Shown here in pieces: positions 61,638 to 64,000 of a stretch of 64,000 nucleotides of DNA. Positions within the stretch are counted from its first letter, which is position 1. Each line of letters begins with the position of its first letter. A program made the position numbers and the translations under genes. The stretch is taken from assembly GCA_030141605.1 (NCBI GenBank), contig JAQGDQ010000062.1:1-64000 (forward strand), read 5' to 3'. Under the pieces are notes generated by a model. It did not search any database and was not told where the DNA came from. It was given only the letters and a program-made list of their open reading frames with translations. The DNA is from Tubiluchus corallicola (Eukaryota; Animalia; Priapulida).

Positions 61638-64000
61638 ACATCCTAACTGCCGCCATTTTGGAGCGTATAAGGTCAGACATGCGTCAGGCTTGTGCGGTGA
61701 CAAGTGGGGAAGTTGATCAGATGATATTCCAGTGAAGCATTCACATGCATCTAGTTCACACGGCAGCGGCGGCAAGAAACAATGGGAAAAATGAACACAG
61801 AGCTGAAACATCTAGAAATTATAATGCTTACAGGTGCACTTCACTTACACATGAATAAATCGTAAACGAATACCGGAAGTCAATCTGTATCTAGTACTAT
61901 TGAATCAAAACGCATAAACGTTGTGTGGACATTTATTTGAAGAACTTTGAAATGACAAGAAAAGTTTGTGCGTTTTTTATTGTCCATGGACAAATGCTCG
62001 GACATCTCTGTATATTTGTTTTGAATATAGTTGAAGAAATAATTATTAAGTCCTCTGCAGAAGCAAGCGTTCATTAAACCACCATTTCAATAATTTAACT
62101 AGGATAACATTTTGCTCACAGCCGAAACTGACTGAAATAAGAAATGCTTTTAGACCCGTTCACTTGTAGTCATTAATGCTCGAACATTCTACGTAAATTG
62201 CTGCTTTGATGATGGCAATGTAGACTAATTGATAACAACACAAATTAACATTAACAGCCAGCTTAATGAAACATTCTGTAGTCAGAATATAATGGGTGCC
62301 CAATCTCAAACAGAAGTGTATTGAAGACAGTAAAATGGTAATTTTTTGTTACATAATGGGTACATCAGATTATGATACACATGTCTTACACACGTCTACG
62401 GTCTGAAACTTCTTCACCTACCGTCGCCGCACATTTCGGAACCATGTGACAAACGCTCCTAGCCGTTGTAAGTAAGTTCAGACAAGTGAAACCACTTCGT
62501 AAACCTGGTCTCACAGTTTCACGTTATCCACGATACTCTGAAACATAAAACAAACAAACGAATTATCCTGATTGGTCTCACGTTCATCAAAACACTTCAA
62601 CAGCAGCGGCTGAGTGAAAGTACGGGTGTTTTTATAAGGTTTGCCTTTTTCATGGTAAAATTCTGTTTGCACGTTTTCTTTCAGTGATCAGACTGAATTT
62701 CAGTTTGTTACTGAAAATGCATTTATTCGGAGTTAATATCGTCTTATATTTGTTAAAAGTATCAGATGGTAGAATATTTTTAAACTGACTTTATGTAAGT
62801 TCCCTTTATTCAGTAGCTACATTGCAATTGGGAATTCTATGAAACTGGTAATAACGTAACTCTCGTAATTTACTATCACAATTGCAGCTACTCAGTACTC
62901 GATTATATTATAAAGCAATGTTACAGTTATGTTTTTATTAAGCCTGAGTACGTCCGGCAAGCAATAACAATGTTGTAGGCTACTGGCGTCAGCTAGTTGT
63001 TATGGCATCTCTAGCAGTTTTACGCAATTATGACATTAACGTCATAATTGTGTTATTGAGACTAACGGAAACGTTATAAATGCTTCTTTGTTTTGTTATT
63101 TATTATATATTTTGGTATACCCAGCTCCAGGCAAATCGCATTTAACGTGTTTAAACAACGTTTTGTTAAAGAAAATATTGTTAGATTGATTCATTAATAA
63201 AGATTTTGTTACACTTTATTTAAAATAACATCGATTTTTAACGGAGAGGTAGAAAAAGAACACTCACGCAGTGGCATGCACCGCACAGTTTTTATTCACA
63301 GTTTGATCAGAGGGTTACTTGCACATTAGGAATTCATTTGGCTACATATTCTATGCTTTTTCGCTGGAACGGATATCTTATTATAGAAAGAATTGAACAC
63401 AATGAAGCAAATCATCTGTATTTCTTGCTTCGTATGGGCAGGTCAATTGCTATAGTTCCTATGTTCACAATTCACATCCATTATATTATAATTGTTAATC
63501 AAGTCTCTGAAAATAAAAAGGAGCAGCACTGAGAAACTATATTAACTTTCTACTTAGCTCTACGTAATAGCTACGTAGTAGGAACAGTAGTAGCAGTCGT
63601 GGTGTTCTTTATTTGCCTTTAAAGGAAAGACCAAGCCTTCTAAAAAGTTAGGTTTATTTCTGTGTTTGCGAAAAATGTTAGAAGGTTGTAGTAATAAAAC
63701 TGCAATAAGCACCTCCTGTATCAGTAAAATCACTTTAAAGTCGCTGTCACTTCATGCTTGGGCGCTCCCATTTTCAATGCCCTTTCTTCTTCCAATGACG
63801 TCATTCGTCTTGAAGAAAAGTAACGCACTGTAAATCTTCACCAAAATTATAATCAAACATCTAATAAGTCTTTTACAAAAAATATAGCTAATTTAGTAAT
63901 ATTTCGTGCGTCAATTAGGTAAAATGCAGAAATTTGAATTAGTTTAAGCAGCGCGCGCGCTTACGAAATGCAGCCAAGTCTCCCAGTCACGTTGTGATTT

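Overview
AT-rich, intron-containing eukaryotic DNA, most likely from an invertebrate animal; the neuropeptide suggests a protostome, possibly a lophotrochozoan. It is not prokaryotic and contains no CRISPR array. Host genes I can support: (1) a two-exon allatostatin-C/somatostatin-type neuropeptide precursor. Its signal-peptide exon (3769-3897) and peptide exon (40805-41038) join in phase 0 across a ~36.9-kb intron packed with repeats. (2) The terminal exon of a QPD/WND C-type lectin, nested antisense in that intron. (3) An intronless 148-aa orphan ORF. (4) Two tandem paralogous genes for large secreted Gly/Pro/Tyr/Gln-rich proteins with Cys-free mature chains (~860 and ~794 aa). They share the same exon layout and a ~110-aa non-repetitive domain I do not recognise; one also carries resilin-like YGPPG repeats. 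The other recognisable sequence is mobile-element debris and simple repeats: a PIF/Harbinger relic, piggyBac- and hAT-type MITEs, nested CR1/L2 LINEs, tRNA-derived SINEs, 5S-derived copies, Helitron/Helentron-type elements, a 2.4-kb foldback, and micro/minisatellites. All family assignments come from motif recognition by eye; no database search was run.
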